Shown: piece by piece, positions 1 through 10,330 of the stretch
Numbering within the stretch: position 1 is the first letter of the stretch
Layout: each line of letters opens with the position of its first letter
The notes under the pieces: model-generated
The model's input: the letters and a program-made list of their open reading frames with translations, nothing else
Databases searched by the model: none
What the model was told of the DNA's origin: nothing
Translations under genes and position numbers: made by a program
Assembly: GCA_963769025.1 (NCBI GenBank)
Contig: CAVYKI010000003.1
Coordinates: forward strand, 960,001-1,024,000
Source of the DNA: an uncultured Verrucomicrobiae bacterium
Lineage (GTDB): Bacteria; Verrucomicrobiota; Verrucomicrobiia; Chthoniobacterales; Chthoniobacteraceae
Length of the DNA stretch: 64,000 nt
Reading direction: 5' to 3'

Positions 1-2
1 AC

Positions 3-266
3 GCGAAGCTCACCACCAAATCGAACACCTTCAACGTCCACATGCGCGTGCAGCTCCTGCGCAAACACGCCAGCGCCGACACCAATCACGCCGTGTGGAA
101 CGAAGACCTCGACGCCGTCGTCGCCGAGCATCGCGGCTCGGCGCTCATCGAACGCTACGTGGACGCGTCGGACCCGAACCTCCCGGATTTCGCCACGAAA
201 ACGGATGCAACACTGGACAACTACGCTAGGTTTCGCATCGTCAGCATCAACAAGTTTGCCCCCTGA
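3..266 (+). CDS. Verru_Chthon cassette protein A (TIGR02600-like), C-terminal fragment, 5' truncated by window
   Basis: Frame open from position 3: KLTTKSNTFNVH...EHRGSALIERYVD...LPDFAT...RFRIV...FAP resembles the conserved C-terminus of cassette protein A; directly followed by a cassette D-like gene. Confidence 0.75.
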   Translation, partial: AKLTTKSNTFNVHMRVQLLRKHASADTNHAVWNEDLDAVVAEHRGSALIERYVDASDPNLPDFATKTDATLDNYARFRIVSINKFAP

Positions 267-272
267 ACGAAC

Positions 273-950
273 ATGAGAACCCGGCCATCAAGCGACAGTC
301 CACAGACCGCATTTTCGCTTATCGAACTGCTCGTCGTGATCGCCATCATCGGCATCATCGGCGCGTTCGCGGTGCCCGCGGCGGGGAATCTTCTCAAGGG
401 CTCCTCGCTCACGCAGGCCGCGAATCTCCTCACCGACCACACGGCTTCCGCCCGCCAGCAGGCGCTGACGAGGAACCGCACCGTCGAGGTGAGGTTTTAC
501 AGCTTCATCGATCCCGAGCAGCCCGGGGAAACCACGCCCTACTTCCGCGCGCTTCAGTACTTTGAAATCGCAGAGGGTGGCATCCTGAACGCTGTCGGCA
601 AAGTCGCGCGGTTTCCGGACACCGTCATCATGAGTTCGGACACGACGCTTTCGAGTCTCTTCGGTGCCCTCACCCCGACGAAGGCCGGCGCGAAAGACCC
701 AGACCTGCCGCGCGGCGTGAAACAGAACTACTCTTACGTCACCCTCCGCTTCCAGCCCGACGGTTCCACTTCACTCTCCCAGACCGGTCCGACCACAGCC
801 GGCGCGAACGGACAATGGTACATCACCGTCCACCTGCTGAACGACCTCGGACGTGCGACCGGCGGCAACCCTCCGCCGAACTTCTTCACTTGGATGATCG
901 ATCCGGTGAGCGGGAGCACGAAGATCCTGCGGCCCGGTTTCAAAAAGTAA
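273..950 (+). CDS. Verru_Chthon cassette protein D (TIGR02596-like), prepilin-type N-terminal cleavage/methylation protein
   Basis: AFSLIELLVVIAII prepilin motif; ARQQALTRNRTVEVRFY, FQPDGST, NFFTWMIDPVSG...RP. Confidence 0.8.
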   Translation: MRTRPSSDSPQTAFSLIELLVVIAIIGIIGAFAVPAAGNLLKGSSLTQAANLLTDHTASARQQALTRNRTVEVRFYSFIDPEQPGETTPYFRALQYFEIAEGGILNAVGKVARFPDTVIMSSDTTLSSLFGALTPTKAGAKDPDLPRGVKQNYSYVTLRFQPDGSTSLSQTGPTTAGANGQWYITVHLLNDLGRATGGNPPPNFFTWMIDPVSGSTKILRPGFKK

Positions 951-967
951 CACCGGGCCTCAACCGC

Positions 968-1597
968 TTACGGGAGCGGCTTGATGAGGATGCTCTTGTA
1001 GTGCACCTCGCTGATTGGGTCATGCCCCTGGAGGGCGATCGTGCCGTGGCTGATCATCCGGCCCGGCATGCCCTTCGGCGGCGTCCAGTCTTCCGGCTGC
1101 GTGAAATCGCTGATCACCTTGCCGTTCACCTTCGTGACGATGCGCTTGCCCTCCACCTTGATCTCCATCGTGAACCACTCGTCGTCCTTCGCCGGCGCGG
1201 TGAAATTATCCTGCACCGCATACACGCCCGCGGTCTTCTTTGGATCCTTGTGCGTGTTGTTCACCTGGATTTCGTAGCCCTTCGACGGCCAGCCGGTGTC
1301 CTGGAACTCGGTGTGGATATAGACGCCCGAGTTCGCGCCGGGCTTCGTGAGGATCTCCAGCTTCAGCTCGAAGTTCTTGAAGTCGTGGTTCTGCACCGGG
1401 CCGTCGTAAAAAAGGTGCGAGCGGTCGCCCTTCACGATGAGAATCCCGTCCTTCACCGAGAATGTGCCGGGCTTGTCGTTGGACTTCCACCCGTCGAGCG
1501 ACTTGCCGTCGAAAAGTGGGATCCAGCCGTCCTTGTCGGCAGCAAGGGAGACGGCGGCGAGGCTGAGTGCGAGGCAGGAAATGAGGAGGGTTTTCAT
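968..1597 (-). CDS. DUF1080 family (3-keto-disaccharide hydrolase-like) secreted protein
   Basis: Signal peptide; WIPLFDGKSLDGW, NSGVY, GYEIQV, GTIALQGH motifs. Confidence 0.9.
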   Translation of the reverse strand: MKTLLISCLALSLAAVSLAADKDGWIPLFDGKSLDGWKSNDKPGTFSVKDGILIVKGDRSHLFYDGPVQNHDFKNFELKLEILTKPGANSGVYIHTEFQDTGWPSKGYEIQVNNTHKDPKKTAGVYAVQDNFTAPAKDDEWFTMEIKVEGKRIVTKVNGKVISDFTQPEDWTPPKGMPGRMISHGTIALQGHDPISEVHYKSILIKPLP

Positions 1598-1681
1598 CGG
1601 AGGGCGACGCTAGCAGGCCGGATCGCGCGAGGTCAACGCCCGTAGCCCGAGGTGGAAAACTGGGTCCCCCTTCGCGCCCTC

Positions 1682-2410
1682 TCAGTGGGCTTCCAGGTAG
1701 GACTCCCACTCCGGCGGCAGCGGCGCGCTCTCAACGCCATCGGCGATGCGGCCTTCAAACTCCGGGTTGAACTGCGTGGTCGTGCCGTAAACCATCACCG
1801 CATCCCGCGCGCCCTCGGCGCGCAGCGCGTGCGCGACACCGGCAGGGATCACCACGCCCGCGTTGTTCGCCCCGCGCTGGTCGTCGCCCTCGATGATGAA
1901 GCGCATCACCTTCCTCGGCATCCCCGCGCGCTCGTCCACGAAGATCATCTCCACATTTCCCTCGATGAAGAACATCGCGTCCCACTGCTCGCGGTCGTAC
2001 GGGCGGAGCGAGAAATTCTTTGGCTCATCGATGAACAGCCGGCGGAACCAGTCCTCAGCCTTCGTCCCGTCCGGGATGTGCGGCGGATGGATGTGGAAAC
2101 CCTTCGCGGTGCCCGCGAACATGCGCGCCGTCGCCCACTGCCGCGGCCACAGCCCGATGGCGTGCAGCGGCCCTTCGCCCTCGCGCGCGAACTCGCCGAA
2201 GAAGCCGCGATGCCGCTGCGGGAAAATCCGCCTGCCGAAAATCTCCACGCCGGGAATCCACGCCGCCTCGAGTTCCGCGCGCTTCGCGATCGCCTCGCCG
2301 GCCTCGATGCCAGTGGTGCCGAGGCGTTCCGCCGGGGATTTCTGCGAGTAGTCGCGCTGCCCGAGGCGCGCGGCAGCGATGGGATTCAGGCCTTTCCAGA
2401 GTGGATTCAT
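1682..2410 (-). CDS. RmlC-like cupin (dTDP-4-dehydrorhamnose 3,5-epimerase family)
   Basis: RGFFGEF, KGFHIH, VVIPAGVAHAL cupin motifs. Confidence 0.7.
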   Translation of the reverse strand: MNPLWKGLNPIAAARLGQRDYSQKSPAERLGTTGIEAGEAIAKRAELEAAWIPGVEIFGRRIFPQRHRGFFGEFAREGEGPLHAIGLWPRQWATARMFAGTAKGFHIHPPHIPDGTKAEDWFRRLFIDEPKNFSLRPYDREQWDAMFFIEGNVEMIFVDERAGMPRKVMRFIIEGDDQRGANNAGVVIPAGVAHALRAEGARDAVMVYGTTTQFNPEFEGRIADGVESAPLPPEWESYLEAH

Positions 2411-2458
2411 GCCCCGTGAAGTTACGCGGCGGGCAGGCGCGAGTCGAGCGCAGCGAAA

Positions 2459-3954
2459 TCAAAAGCAACCCGCGCGCAGATCCCGGAACGCCGCACTCAG
2501 AAAATCGAGCATGCGCGAAGGCGTCAGCGATTCCACGCTCTCGCCTCCGTGCGAGATTGCGAGTTCACTCGCGCGCCCGCACAGCCATGCACCGAGCCGC
2601 GCGGCGTCGAAGGGCCGCACATGCTGGCCGATGAGTGCGGCGATGACTCCCGTAAGCACATCACCCATCCCGCCGACCGCCATCCCCGGCGTGCCCGTGG
2701 TGTTGAAACTCAGCTGTTCGCCCACCTTCCCGACGAGCGTCCGCGCGCCCTTCAGCAGCAGCGTCGAAGGATATCGTTGCGTGAATGCAGCCACCGTCTC
2801 CCGGCGCGGACGCTTGATCGACCCGGGAGCCAGCCGCTCCATCTCGCCGGGATGCGGCGTGAGCACGCGTTCCCCCGCAGCTTCGCCGAGCGCCTCGCAC
2901 ATCGGCGGAAATCGCATTCAGTCCGTCCGCATCGAGCACGAGAGGCTGCGCAAGCTTCCGGACCAATGCGGCGACATCCACCGGCGGATGCGCGCCGAGA
3001 CCGGGGCCAATCGCAAAAACGTCGTGCTGCTGCTCCAGCAATTCCTCCAGCACGGGTAGCGGTCGCACCATCACCTCCGGCGCGGCCTTCACCGCGAGCG
3101 AGTCCGCGACATCGCGCGGCGCATAAAGTGTCACGAGCCCCGCGCCCGCGCGCACACAGGCCGCCGAGCACAGCACCGCCGCACCGAGGTAGCCGCGCGA
3201 TCCTGCGACGATTCCGACGCGCCCGAAGTCTCCTTTGTGCGTGTCGAAATCGCGCCGCGGGAGCAACGGCGCGAGCGCATCCGGGGTCGCCACCGCTGCG
3301 TCCGCGTCAGTGGCGTCGAGCCGCCTGGTGAGTTCCGCGCAGCGGCAGAACGCTCAGGCGGCCGGTGAAATTCGCCGCCGCATCCGCGACGAGTCCGCAT
3401 TTCGCGAAGCCGACGGACAGCGTGTGATCCGCCACGACACACGCCGGGTCGGCCTCGCCGGTGTCGCCATTCAGCCCGGTGGGAATGTCGAGCGCGAACA
3501 CCGTCGCATTGCTGCCGCGTCGCCGTTGGTTGATGGCGCGCGTGATTCCGCTCAGCGGGTCGCGCAGCCCTCCTTTCGCGCCGATGCCGAGGAGTCCGTC
3601 GAGCACCACGAGCGGCTCGCCGGGGATCGATGCAAGCTGCCCGATCTCCGCACGCCGGCACCCCGCGGCGGCGGCAAATTTCGCCTTCGGCAGCGCGCCC
3701 CACTCCGCATCGGGATATGCCGCGACCAGGCGGACATCCCAATCCCACAGCGCGAGGTGCCTCGCGGCGACGAGCGCATCACCGCCATTGTTCCCTTTTC
3801 CAAACACCGCGACGCAGACGCCAGGCCTCGGAAAAAACTGGCGCACCGCGCGCGCGATTTGCAGGCCGGCCTCCTCCATCAGCGCATCCGCCGACACGCC
3901 TTCGGCGAATGCCCGCTCCTCGAGGGCTTTCATCGCGGCACAGGTGAGGATCAT
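2459..3954 (-). CDS. nnr: Bifunctional NAD(P)H-hydrate epimerase/dehydratase, split by frameshifts near 3300 and 2910 (probable assembly error)
   Basis: Three consecutive ORF pieces carry GKGNNGGDA, THKGDFG...GAGLV, DADGLN, LTPHPGEM and GGMGDVLTG. Confidence 0.9.
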
Positions 3955-3982
3955 CGCGTGGGTGGCCGCCTTCGGCGAAAGT

Positions 3983-4567
3983 TCAGCGATAGCGCGAGAT
4001 GATCACGGACGCGACCGCATCGGCCAGCCGCTGGCGATACGAGGAGGAGGCGACGCGCGATGCCTCGCCGCGATTGGTGAGAAAACCGAGCTCGCAGAGC
4101 ACCGCGGGAAACCGCGTTTGCCGCAGCACGTAGAACGGCCTCGATCGGCAGAAGCGCGCCGGGGCTCCGGTGGCAGAGACGACCTTTTTGAGGATCGCGT
4201 CGGCCAGCCGTCCGCCTTCACGGCTGTTGTAGTAGTAGATTTCGATCCCGGTCGCGTCCTTGTTCGGTGCGCCGTTGAAGTGGATGCTCACGAACACGGC
4301 CTTCGACTGCGCGTTGGCGATCCTGCACCGATCCCCGAGCGTGACGTAGTAATCGCCCTTCCGCGTCATCACCGTGCGCAGCCCTGCCTTGCGCAGTGCG
4401 ACATCGAGCCGCTTTGCCACGTCGAGTGCGTAGCCCTTCTCCGGCACGCGCTGTCCCGGCATGCCGCCACGGTCGTGGCCGCCGTGGCCCGCATCGACCA
4501 CGATGACCGGCGCAGCGGAGGCCATGCATGCGAGAAAAAGCAGCGCGGCGAGGCTGGCGACCACCAT
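3983..4567 (-). CDS. N-acetylmuramoyl-L-alanine amidase (Amidase_3)
   Basis: Signal peptide, DAGHGG, SIHFN, LCELGF motifs. Start at ATG 4567 or GTG 4624; the ORF-track extension to 4738 overlaps the tRNA. Confidence 0.9.
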   Translation of the reverse strand: MVVASLAALLFLACMASAAPVIVVDAGHGGHDRGGMPGQRVPEKGYALDVAKRLDVALRKAGLRTVMTRKGDYYVTLGDRCRIANAQSKAVFVSIHFNGAPNKDATGIEIYYYNSREGGRLADAILKKVVSATGAPARFCRSRPFYVLRQTRFPAVLCELGFLTNRGEASRVASSSYRQRLADAVASVIISRYR

Positions 4568-4634
4568 CGCGAAAGCCGGGCGAAACTTCCGCTTGGCAGC
4601 GGGCGGTACTTTGGTAGTTTCCACGGCCCTGAAC

Positions 4635-4710
4635 GGTGGCTGTAGCTCAATGGTAGAGCTCCAGATTGTGGTTCTGGCTGTTGCGGGTTCGAGTCCCGTC
4701 AGCCACCCCA
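4635..4710 (+). tRNA. tRNA-His (GTG) with encoded G-1 and CCA
   Basis: Acceptor GTGGCTG/CAGCCAC, D-arm GCTC AATGGTA GAGC, anticodon arm CCAGA TTGTGGT TCTGG, T-arm GCGGG TTCGAGT CCCGT, C73 followed by CCA. Confidence 0.97.
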
Positions 4711-4759
4711 GGTTTTCTTTTGCGTGCCGTGGAATCATCGGTGAGGTCCGCGGCGCCGC

Positions 4760-5887
4760 CTATCGCGACCAGGTCGGCTCCGAGATTTTTCCCGCGCCGC
4801 TCACGAGCGTCGTGCGCGTGCCGGTCTGCGTGTCGAACAGCACCAGCGAGCTGCCGGAGGCAAAGACGAGATGCCGCGAATTTGCGCCCCACACCGGGCC
4901 TTCGCCATCTCCCACCGTGCGCACGGCGCCGCCCTGCAGGTCGAGGATCGCGACCGCAAACGAGCCGCCACTGCGCGTGTTGAAGGCGACCTTTTTGCCG
5001 TCAGGCGACCAGCTCGGCGCGGTGTTGTAGCCGAAGCCCGTCGAGAGCCTCGTCGGCGTGCCGCCGGAGGCGGACACGCGGTAGAGCTGCGGCGAGCCGC
5101 CCTCGTCGCTGCTGTAGATGAGTTCGTTGCCGTCCGGCGACCACGTCGGCGAACTTTCCACGCCGGCCGTGCGCGTGATGCGTCTCGGCGAGCCGCCGGC
5201 GGAGCCGGTCACGTAGATTTCCGGGTTGCCGTCCTTGCTCAGCGTCACCGCGAGGCGTCCGCCGTCGGGGGAAAATTTCGCGCCGCTGTTCGTGCCGGGA
5301 TATTTCAGCACGCGCGTCCGCGAACCGCTGCCGAGCGAGATGCGGTACACGTCCGCGTAACCGCTCTGGTAGCCGGTATAGACGAGCGACTGGCCGTCCG
5401 GGCTCATGCCGGGCGAAACGCTGATCGAGCCGTCATGCGTGAGCTGCACGAGGTTCGAGCCGTCGGCGTCGCAGGTGTAGATTTCCTTTTTCCCGGTCCG
5501 CGTGCCGACGAATGCGAGCTTCGTGGAAGCGATTCCGCGCGCGCCGGTGAGCGCCGCGGTGATGTCGTCGGCAAAGTGATGGATCGCCGTGCGCCCGCCG
5601 CCCCCGTAACTTTTCGAGAGCGCGGTCTTCCCCTCGCGATCCACCACCGTCCCGCGCAATTCGCCGGCCGACGTGGCATTCGCAGTGAACTGCGCCTGGT
5701 CGGCGGGCGTGACGGTGAAATACCCCGAGTTCACGAGGTCGCGCCGCAGCGTCTCGAGGTCGCCGCCGGCGAGCCCGGTGATGGCGATGTTCAGCTTGGT
5801 GCTCTTGACGATTCGGATCTTCGGTTCGTCCTGTGCGAACACGAGTGCGGGAAGCAGGAGAAGGAGTGCGGCGATGGTGGATTTCAT
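4760..5887 (-). CDS. tolB: Tol-Pal beta-propeller protein TolB-like
   Basis: Signal peptide, repeated PxWSPDG (PD40) blades; last gene of a tolQ-tolR-tolA-like run. Confidence 0.85.
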   Translation of the reverse strand: MKSTIAALLLLLPALVFAQDEPKIRIVKSTKLNIAITGLAGGDLETLRRDLVNSGYFTVTPADQAQFTANATSAGELRGTVVDREGKTALSKSYGGGGRTAIHHFADDITAALTGARGIASTKLAFVGTRTGKKEIYTCDADGSNLVQLTHDGSISVSPGMSPDGQSLVYTGYQSGYADVYRISLGSGSRTRVLKYPGTNSGAKFSPDGGRLAVTLSKDGNPEIYVTGSAGGSPRRITRTAGVESSPTWSPDGNELIYSSDEGGSPQLYRVSASGGTPTRLSTGFGYNTAPSWSPDGKKVAFNTRSGGSFAVAILDLQGGAVRTVGDGEGPVWGANSRHLVFASGSSLVLFDTQTGTRTTLVSGAGKISEPTWSR

Positions 5888-5927
5888 GCGGGAAAAATGG
5901 TCGGATGTGTTTTGCAACGGACGGGGC

Positions 5928-6917
5928 TCAGAGTTCGAGGATGAACGCAACCAATTCGTCGAGCACCCCGTTCTTCAAAATTTCGGCCGGCGGGCGCTCG
6001 ACCTTTTTCACGCGCAGGAGCGCCTGCTCGATGGACTGGTCCACCTCGAGATTCCCGGTCGGCTTCACGAGCCTGAGCGACTCCACCGTTCCGTCCGCCG
6101 AGGCGCGCAGCCGCACGTGCGCCTCCACCTCGCGGCCGCTGCGGACGACGGTGAGCGGCTGCTCCCATTCGCGGTGAAACTGCTGCTCCACCTTCTTGAA
6201 ATAGCCGAGCAGCAGCGCCGCCGATCCGCCGGGCGCGCCGGGGCCGCCCTTCGTGCCGGCATTCGTCGCATCGCCGGCGCCGGAAGGCGCATTGCCCTTG
6301 CCGGTCCCGGCACCATCCGGCTTTGCGGCGGCGTCAGTGATCTTCGGCGCGGCGGCCTTCGCGCCGGGGCGCGGCGTGGCGACCTTGGCGACGTTCGCCG
6401 TGGACGCGGGTTTTGCGGTCGCGGCTTTGGCGACCGCGGGTTTCGTCGGCGTGGCGGTGGGCTTTGGCTTGGGCTTCGGCGTCGCCGTCGGCGCTGGCGT
6501 GGTTTTCTTCGGCGTGGGCGTCGCGGTGGGTCTTGGACGGGGTGTCGGTGTGGGCGTTGGCGTCGGCTTCACCATTGCGATGTCTTCGAGCTCCTTCGGC
6601 GCGGGCAACGGTTCCGGGGTGGGTTCCGGCGGCGGATCGGGCAGGAGCGGGGGCAGAATCTGCGGCTCCGGCGTTTTTCCCGTGGGCGAGGTGTCGCCGC
6701 TTTCGGGCAGCGCGAGCACGGCGGCGGAACCGAGTTCGCCACCGCCGTCGAGCCACGTGATCGGCTCCGGCACGTGGCGCTTGAAAAACAGCCGCCCGCC
6801 CACCCACACGAGCAGGATGACCACGACGTGCGCGCCGAGCACGCGCAGGAAATTCCTTCTGAAACTCCCCTCCTCCTCACCCGACAGCGACAGCCGTTCG
6901 TTGCGCATCGGCGTCAC
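5928..6917 (-). CDS. TolA/TonB-like energy transducer
   Basis: N-terminal TM helix with His, Pro/Thr/Lys/Ala-rich linker, TonB C-terminal-like domain (TGNLEVDQSIEQAL). Confidence 0.8.
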   Translation of the reverse strand: MTPMRNERLSLSGEEEGSFRRNFLRVLGAHVVVILLVWVGGRLFFKRHVPEPITWLDGGGELGSAAVLALPESGDTSPTGKTPEPQILPPLLPDPPPEPTPEPLPAPKELEDIAMVKPTPTPTPTPRPRPTATPTPKKTTPAPTATPKPKPKPTATPTKPAVAKAATAKPASTANVAKVATPRPGAKAAAPKITDAAAKPDGAGTGKGNAPSGAGDATNAGTKGGPGAPGGSAALLLGYFKKVEQQFHREWEQPLTVVRSGREVEAHVRLRASADGTVESLRLVKPTGNLEVDQSIEQALLRVKKVERPPAEILKNGVLDELVAFILEL

Positions 6918-7327
6918 TCCTTCGATGTCTGCACAAAGCCGACACGCTTCACTCCGGCGTGCTTCACCGCGTCGAGCACCTCGGAAAATTTCTGCACCGG
7001 CAGGTCGCGATGCGTGCGGATGAGCACGCCGAGATCCGGCTGCGCTTCGCGCGCGGCGGCGAGTTTCGCGGCGAGGGCATCGAGCGTCACGGGCTGCTCG
7101 TTGAACGTGATCGCCCCGTCGGCGTGGATGGAGACCGTGCGGACCGTCTCCATGTTCACCGGCTCCTTCGCCGCCTCGCCGCTCGGCAGCACGAGGTCGG
7201 TGCTGTTTTCCATGAGCGGCGTGGTGATCATGAAAATGATCAGCAGCACGAAGGCGAGGTCGAGCAGCGGCGTCACGTTCAGCTCGCTGAGCGTCTGAAG
7301 CTGGTGGCGGTCGGAAAAACGGCGCAT
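6914..7327 (-). CDS. tolR: ExbD/TolR family protein
   Basis: ELNVTPLLDLAFVLLIIFMI signature. Confidence 0.88.
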   Translation of the reverse strand: MRRFSDRHQLQTLSELNVTPLLDLAFVLLIIFMITTPLMENSTDLVLPSGEAAKEPVNMETVRTVSIHADGAITFNEQPVTLDALAAKLAAAREAQPDLGVLIRTHRDLPVQKFSEVLDAVKHAGVKRVGFVQTSKE

Positions 7328-7331
7328 GGCG

Positions 7332-8119
7332 TCAGGGCAGGCGGCGGCGTTCGCTGTGGTCCACGTATTTGTGCTCGATGGCGCTGGAGAGCTCCGCGCC
7401 GAAGTTGTCCAGCTCGACGATCATCCCGCGCAGCGTGGTGATGAGCCAGTTGTAGCCGAACATCGCGGGGATCGCGACGAGCAGGCCGGTCACCGTCGTG
7501 ATGAGCGCGGCGGAGACGCCCGGCGCCATCGCGGCGAGGTTCGCCTTTCCGGCGGTCGCCACGTCGCTGAAGGTGTCCATCACGCCCCACACCGTGCCGA
7601 GCAGGCCGAGGAAGGGCGCGCCGCTCACGGCGGTCGAGAGCAGGACCATCTGCGCTTCGAGCTTCAGCGCAGGTCTCGCCCACGCAGCGTTCCATCGCGG
7701 TCTGCACCATGCGCATCTGCGCGGGGGAAATCCGCGGCGCGGTCTCCAGGCGCTGCGGCGAAGGTCTCATCCACCTCCGCGGAGCCGAGCATCTGGAAGC
7801 TCAGCTCGCGGCATCCGGCCTGGTACACGGCAAAGACCGGTGCCCCGGCGAAACGCGCGCCGCTCTGGTACAGGCTCAGCGGCTGGCGGTCGGCGCGGAA
7901 GGCGTCGAGGAAATCCATCCGCCGATCCTTCGCGCGGTTCAGCATGCGGAACTTGGTGATCATCACCGTCCATGAGAGCACCGACGCGAGGAAAAGGGCG
8001 ACCAGGACGACGAGGCCGGGGATCGTGGAGTTTTCGAGCGCATAGATGAGCCCGCCGCCCTCGGCCAGAAACTGCGGTGGAAGAAACACGAACGAAATCA
8101 CGCGCGCCGTCGGTAACAC
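7332..8119 (-). CDS. tolQ: MotA/TolQ/ExbB proton channel protein, frameshifted around 7670-7760
   Basis: APFLGLLGTVWGVM and APGVSAALITTVTGLLVAIPA motifs; N-terminal TM in upstream frame; exact start uncertain. Confidence 0.85.
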
Positions 8120-8158
8120 AACGATCCGCCCTCGGCAAACGCTGTCTGCCTCGCGCCC

Positions 8159-9548
8159 CTACCGCCGGTGCAGGCCGCCGGTGAGCTTGAAGACGGCGAT
8201 CAGGATTCCGTAGATCACCGTGCCGATGACCAGCGCGATCATCACCATCACGATCGGCGGGATGAGCGTGCTCACCACCTTCACCTGCTTGTCCAGCTCG
8301 CGCTCGTACACGTCGGCGATGAGGTTCATCGTGTCGGGGAATTTCCCCGTCTGCTCGCCCACGCTCATCATGTCCACGAACATGTCCGGGAAGATTTTCT
8401 GCTGCGAGAGCGCGGCGGAGAGCGTCGCGCCGTCCACCACCGCCGCGCGCACCTGCACCATGCGCAGGCGGATGTATTCGTTCCCGGCGATGTCCTCGAG
8501 CAGGTCGAGCGCGCGCAGCAGCGTCACGCCGTTCGCGGTCAGCGTGCCGAGCGTGCGGGCGAACTGCGCGTACAGCCGGTAGCGCGGGATGCGGCTGAAC
8601 ACCGGCACCGTCCATTTGAACCGCCCCCACGTCACGCGCCCCGCGGGCGTCGCGATGAATCCGCGGAAGAGCACGTATGCCCCGGCGATCCCGGCGAGCG
8701 CGATCCACCAGAACTGCATGATCGTGTTGTTCAGGTCGATCAGCAGCCGCGTCACCGTCGGCAGCTTCGCGCCGGTGTCTTTGAAAAACGCGGTGAGCTG
8801 CGGCACCATCACGTTCATGAAAACGAGGATCAGCGCGATGCCGATGATGATGAGGACGGCCGGGTAAAGCAGCGCCTGCTGCACGCTGTCGCGCATCGCC
8901 TTCACCTCGCCGATGTGGATCGTGAGCCGCCGCAGGATCGTGGACAGCGAGCCGGACGCCTCGCCCGCGGAGACCATGTTCACGTAGAGCGGGGAAAAGA
9001 CGCGGGGAAAATCGCGCATCGCCTGCGAGAGGCTGCCTCCATCCACCAGCGACTGGTGGAGCGACTTCGAGAGCGCCTGGAGCTTCACGTGCTTGAGGCG
9101 CTTTTCGAGGACGTTCAGCGCCTCGTCCAAGGTCATGCCCGGCGTTCAGCAGATGCGCGAGCTGCTCGCTGAAGAGATACTGCTGCGCGTACGTCAGCTT
9201 CATCGAGCTGCTCGCCGGCGCGACGCCCCCGCCCTTGGCCGGCTTGCCCGCATTGCGCGGCGCGGGCTTCGCGGGCTGGGCGTCGGGTTTCGTCGCGAGG
9301 GTCTTGGAAGCGGAAGTCTCCTTGCCGCCGTTCGCGCCGCCCTTTTGCTGGGGTGCCGCCGCGGACGTGGCGGCGAGCTGCTTCGCGGCGGGAGCCGGCT
9401 TTGCGCCGGCCTCGACGGGCTGGACGCGGATGGGCACGAAGCGCTTCTGCTCGACCTGCGCGATCGCCGCCGCGCGGTCGTTGGCCATCACGGTGCCATC
9501 CACGAGCTGCCCCTGGGCGTTGCGCGCGCTGTATCGGAATTCAGGCAT
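8159..9548 (-). CDS. Type II secretion system F family / PilC-like platform protein, frameshift near 9137
   Basis: FRYSARNAQG N-terminus, AGEASGSL, ALLYP, VGEQTG, LIPPI motifs. Confidence 0.88.
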
Positions 9549-9680
9549 GAGTCATTGCGGCCCTCTGAAGCTCAAAGGCAACCGCGAAGGCTTGCGGCCC
9601 CGCATGGCGGGGGGAGAGGCGGCGGCGGAAGCACGTCCCGTGACGCACGGGGCGGTTCGCTGCGCAGGTGAGGCGACGGT

Positions 9681-9974
9681 TCATCGGCGTCGAATACCCA
9701 GAGGTGGATACCTCCGGTGATGTCTTACAACCAGAATCCGCACCGAATCGCCGACAATCCGAAACAGAAAATGGTAAGGGAAGCGATACAGGTTGGCGCG
9801 CCGAAGATCGCGTACGCGGACGGAAAACGCTTCGGGCCGCTCCGCCGCCTCCAACAGGAAGCGCCGCAACTCGCTGTAGAAATCGTCCGCAAGCTCCGGG
9901 TTGGCGACTCGCTCGTAATACTCCATGATCGCTTGGACATCGGAGCGGACCTTCGGATGCAGGACAACCCGCAT
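9681..9974 (-). CDS. Type II toxin, RelE/ParE family
   Basis: MRVVLHPKVRSDV...RRANLYRFPYHFLFRI...ILVVRHHRR; ATG overlaps the antitoxin stop (TGATG). Confidence 0.85.
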   Translation of the reverse strand: MRVVLHPKVRSDVQAIMEYYERVANPELADDFYSELRRFLLEAAERPEAFSVRVRDLRRANLYRFPYHFLFRIVGDSVRILVVRHHRRYPPLGIRRR

Positions 9975-10197
9975 CAGGGTCGGCGAGCACTGATCTGCTG
10001 GTCGAGTTGCTCCAGGGTGATGCCCATATCGGGATTCGCGTCGAACTCGGGCATCACGGCGCAATGCTTCCGCAATGCCCTCGTCTTCGTCGTCGAGGAC
10101 GGACGGAAGTGATCGGAGCAGGTGGACTGCGAGGACGGCCCGCTGGGAATCGGGCAGGTCCAATGCGGAGTTTTTCGACTTCGGTGATGGTGGCCAT
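9974..10197 (-). CDS. Addiction-module antitoxin component, frameshifted
   Basis: Reconstructed MATITEVEKL-ALDLPDSQRAVLAVHLLRSL...EALRRDA-EFDANPDMGITLEQL; coupled to the toxin. Confidence 0.75.
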
Positions 10198-10271
10198 GGC
10201 GGGAGTGTAACGCGGGGTGATTTCAGGGCAAGCGCGCGAAGTCGCCTGCCACCCGGATTGCGGTGCCCTCT

Positions 10272-10306
10272 GGAAGCACAAAGGCAAGCCCGAAGGCTTG
10301 CCTTTG
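10272..10306 (-). terminator. Intrinsic terminator downstream of the PEP-CTERM gene
   Basis: Perfect 12-bp stem CAAAGGCAAGCC / GGCTTGCCTTTG (10279-10306) with a C(TTCG)G loop on the minus strand and a T-rich tail. Confidence 0.7.
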
Positions 10307-10330
10307 CCTGCTTCAAAATGAAGGCCGTCG

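Noticed and set aside
4635..4760. tRNA-His as an integration site or island border
   Set aside because: No integrase and no duplicated tRNA 3' end seen in the window; flanks are core genes
6420..6640. Short repeats in the tolA-like gene
   Set aside because: They simply encode the Pro-Thr/Pro-Lys linker typical of TonB/TolA
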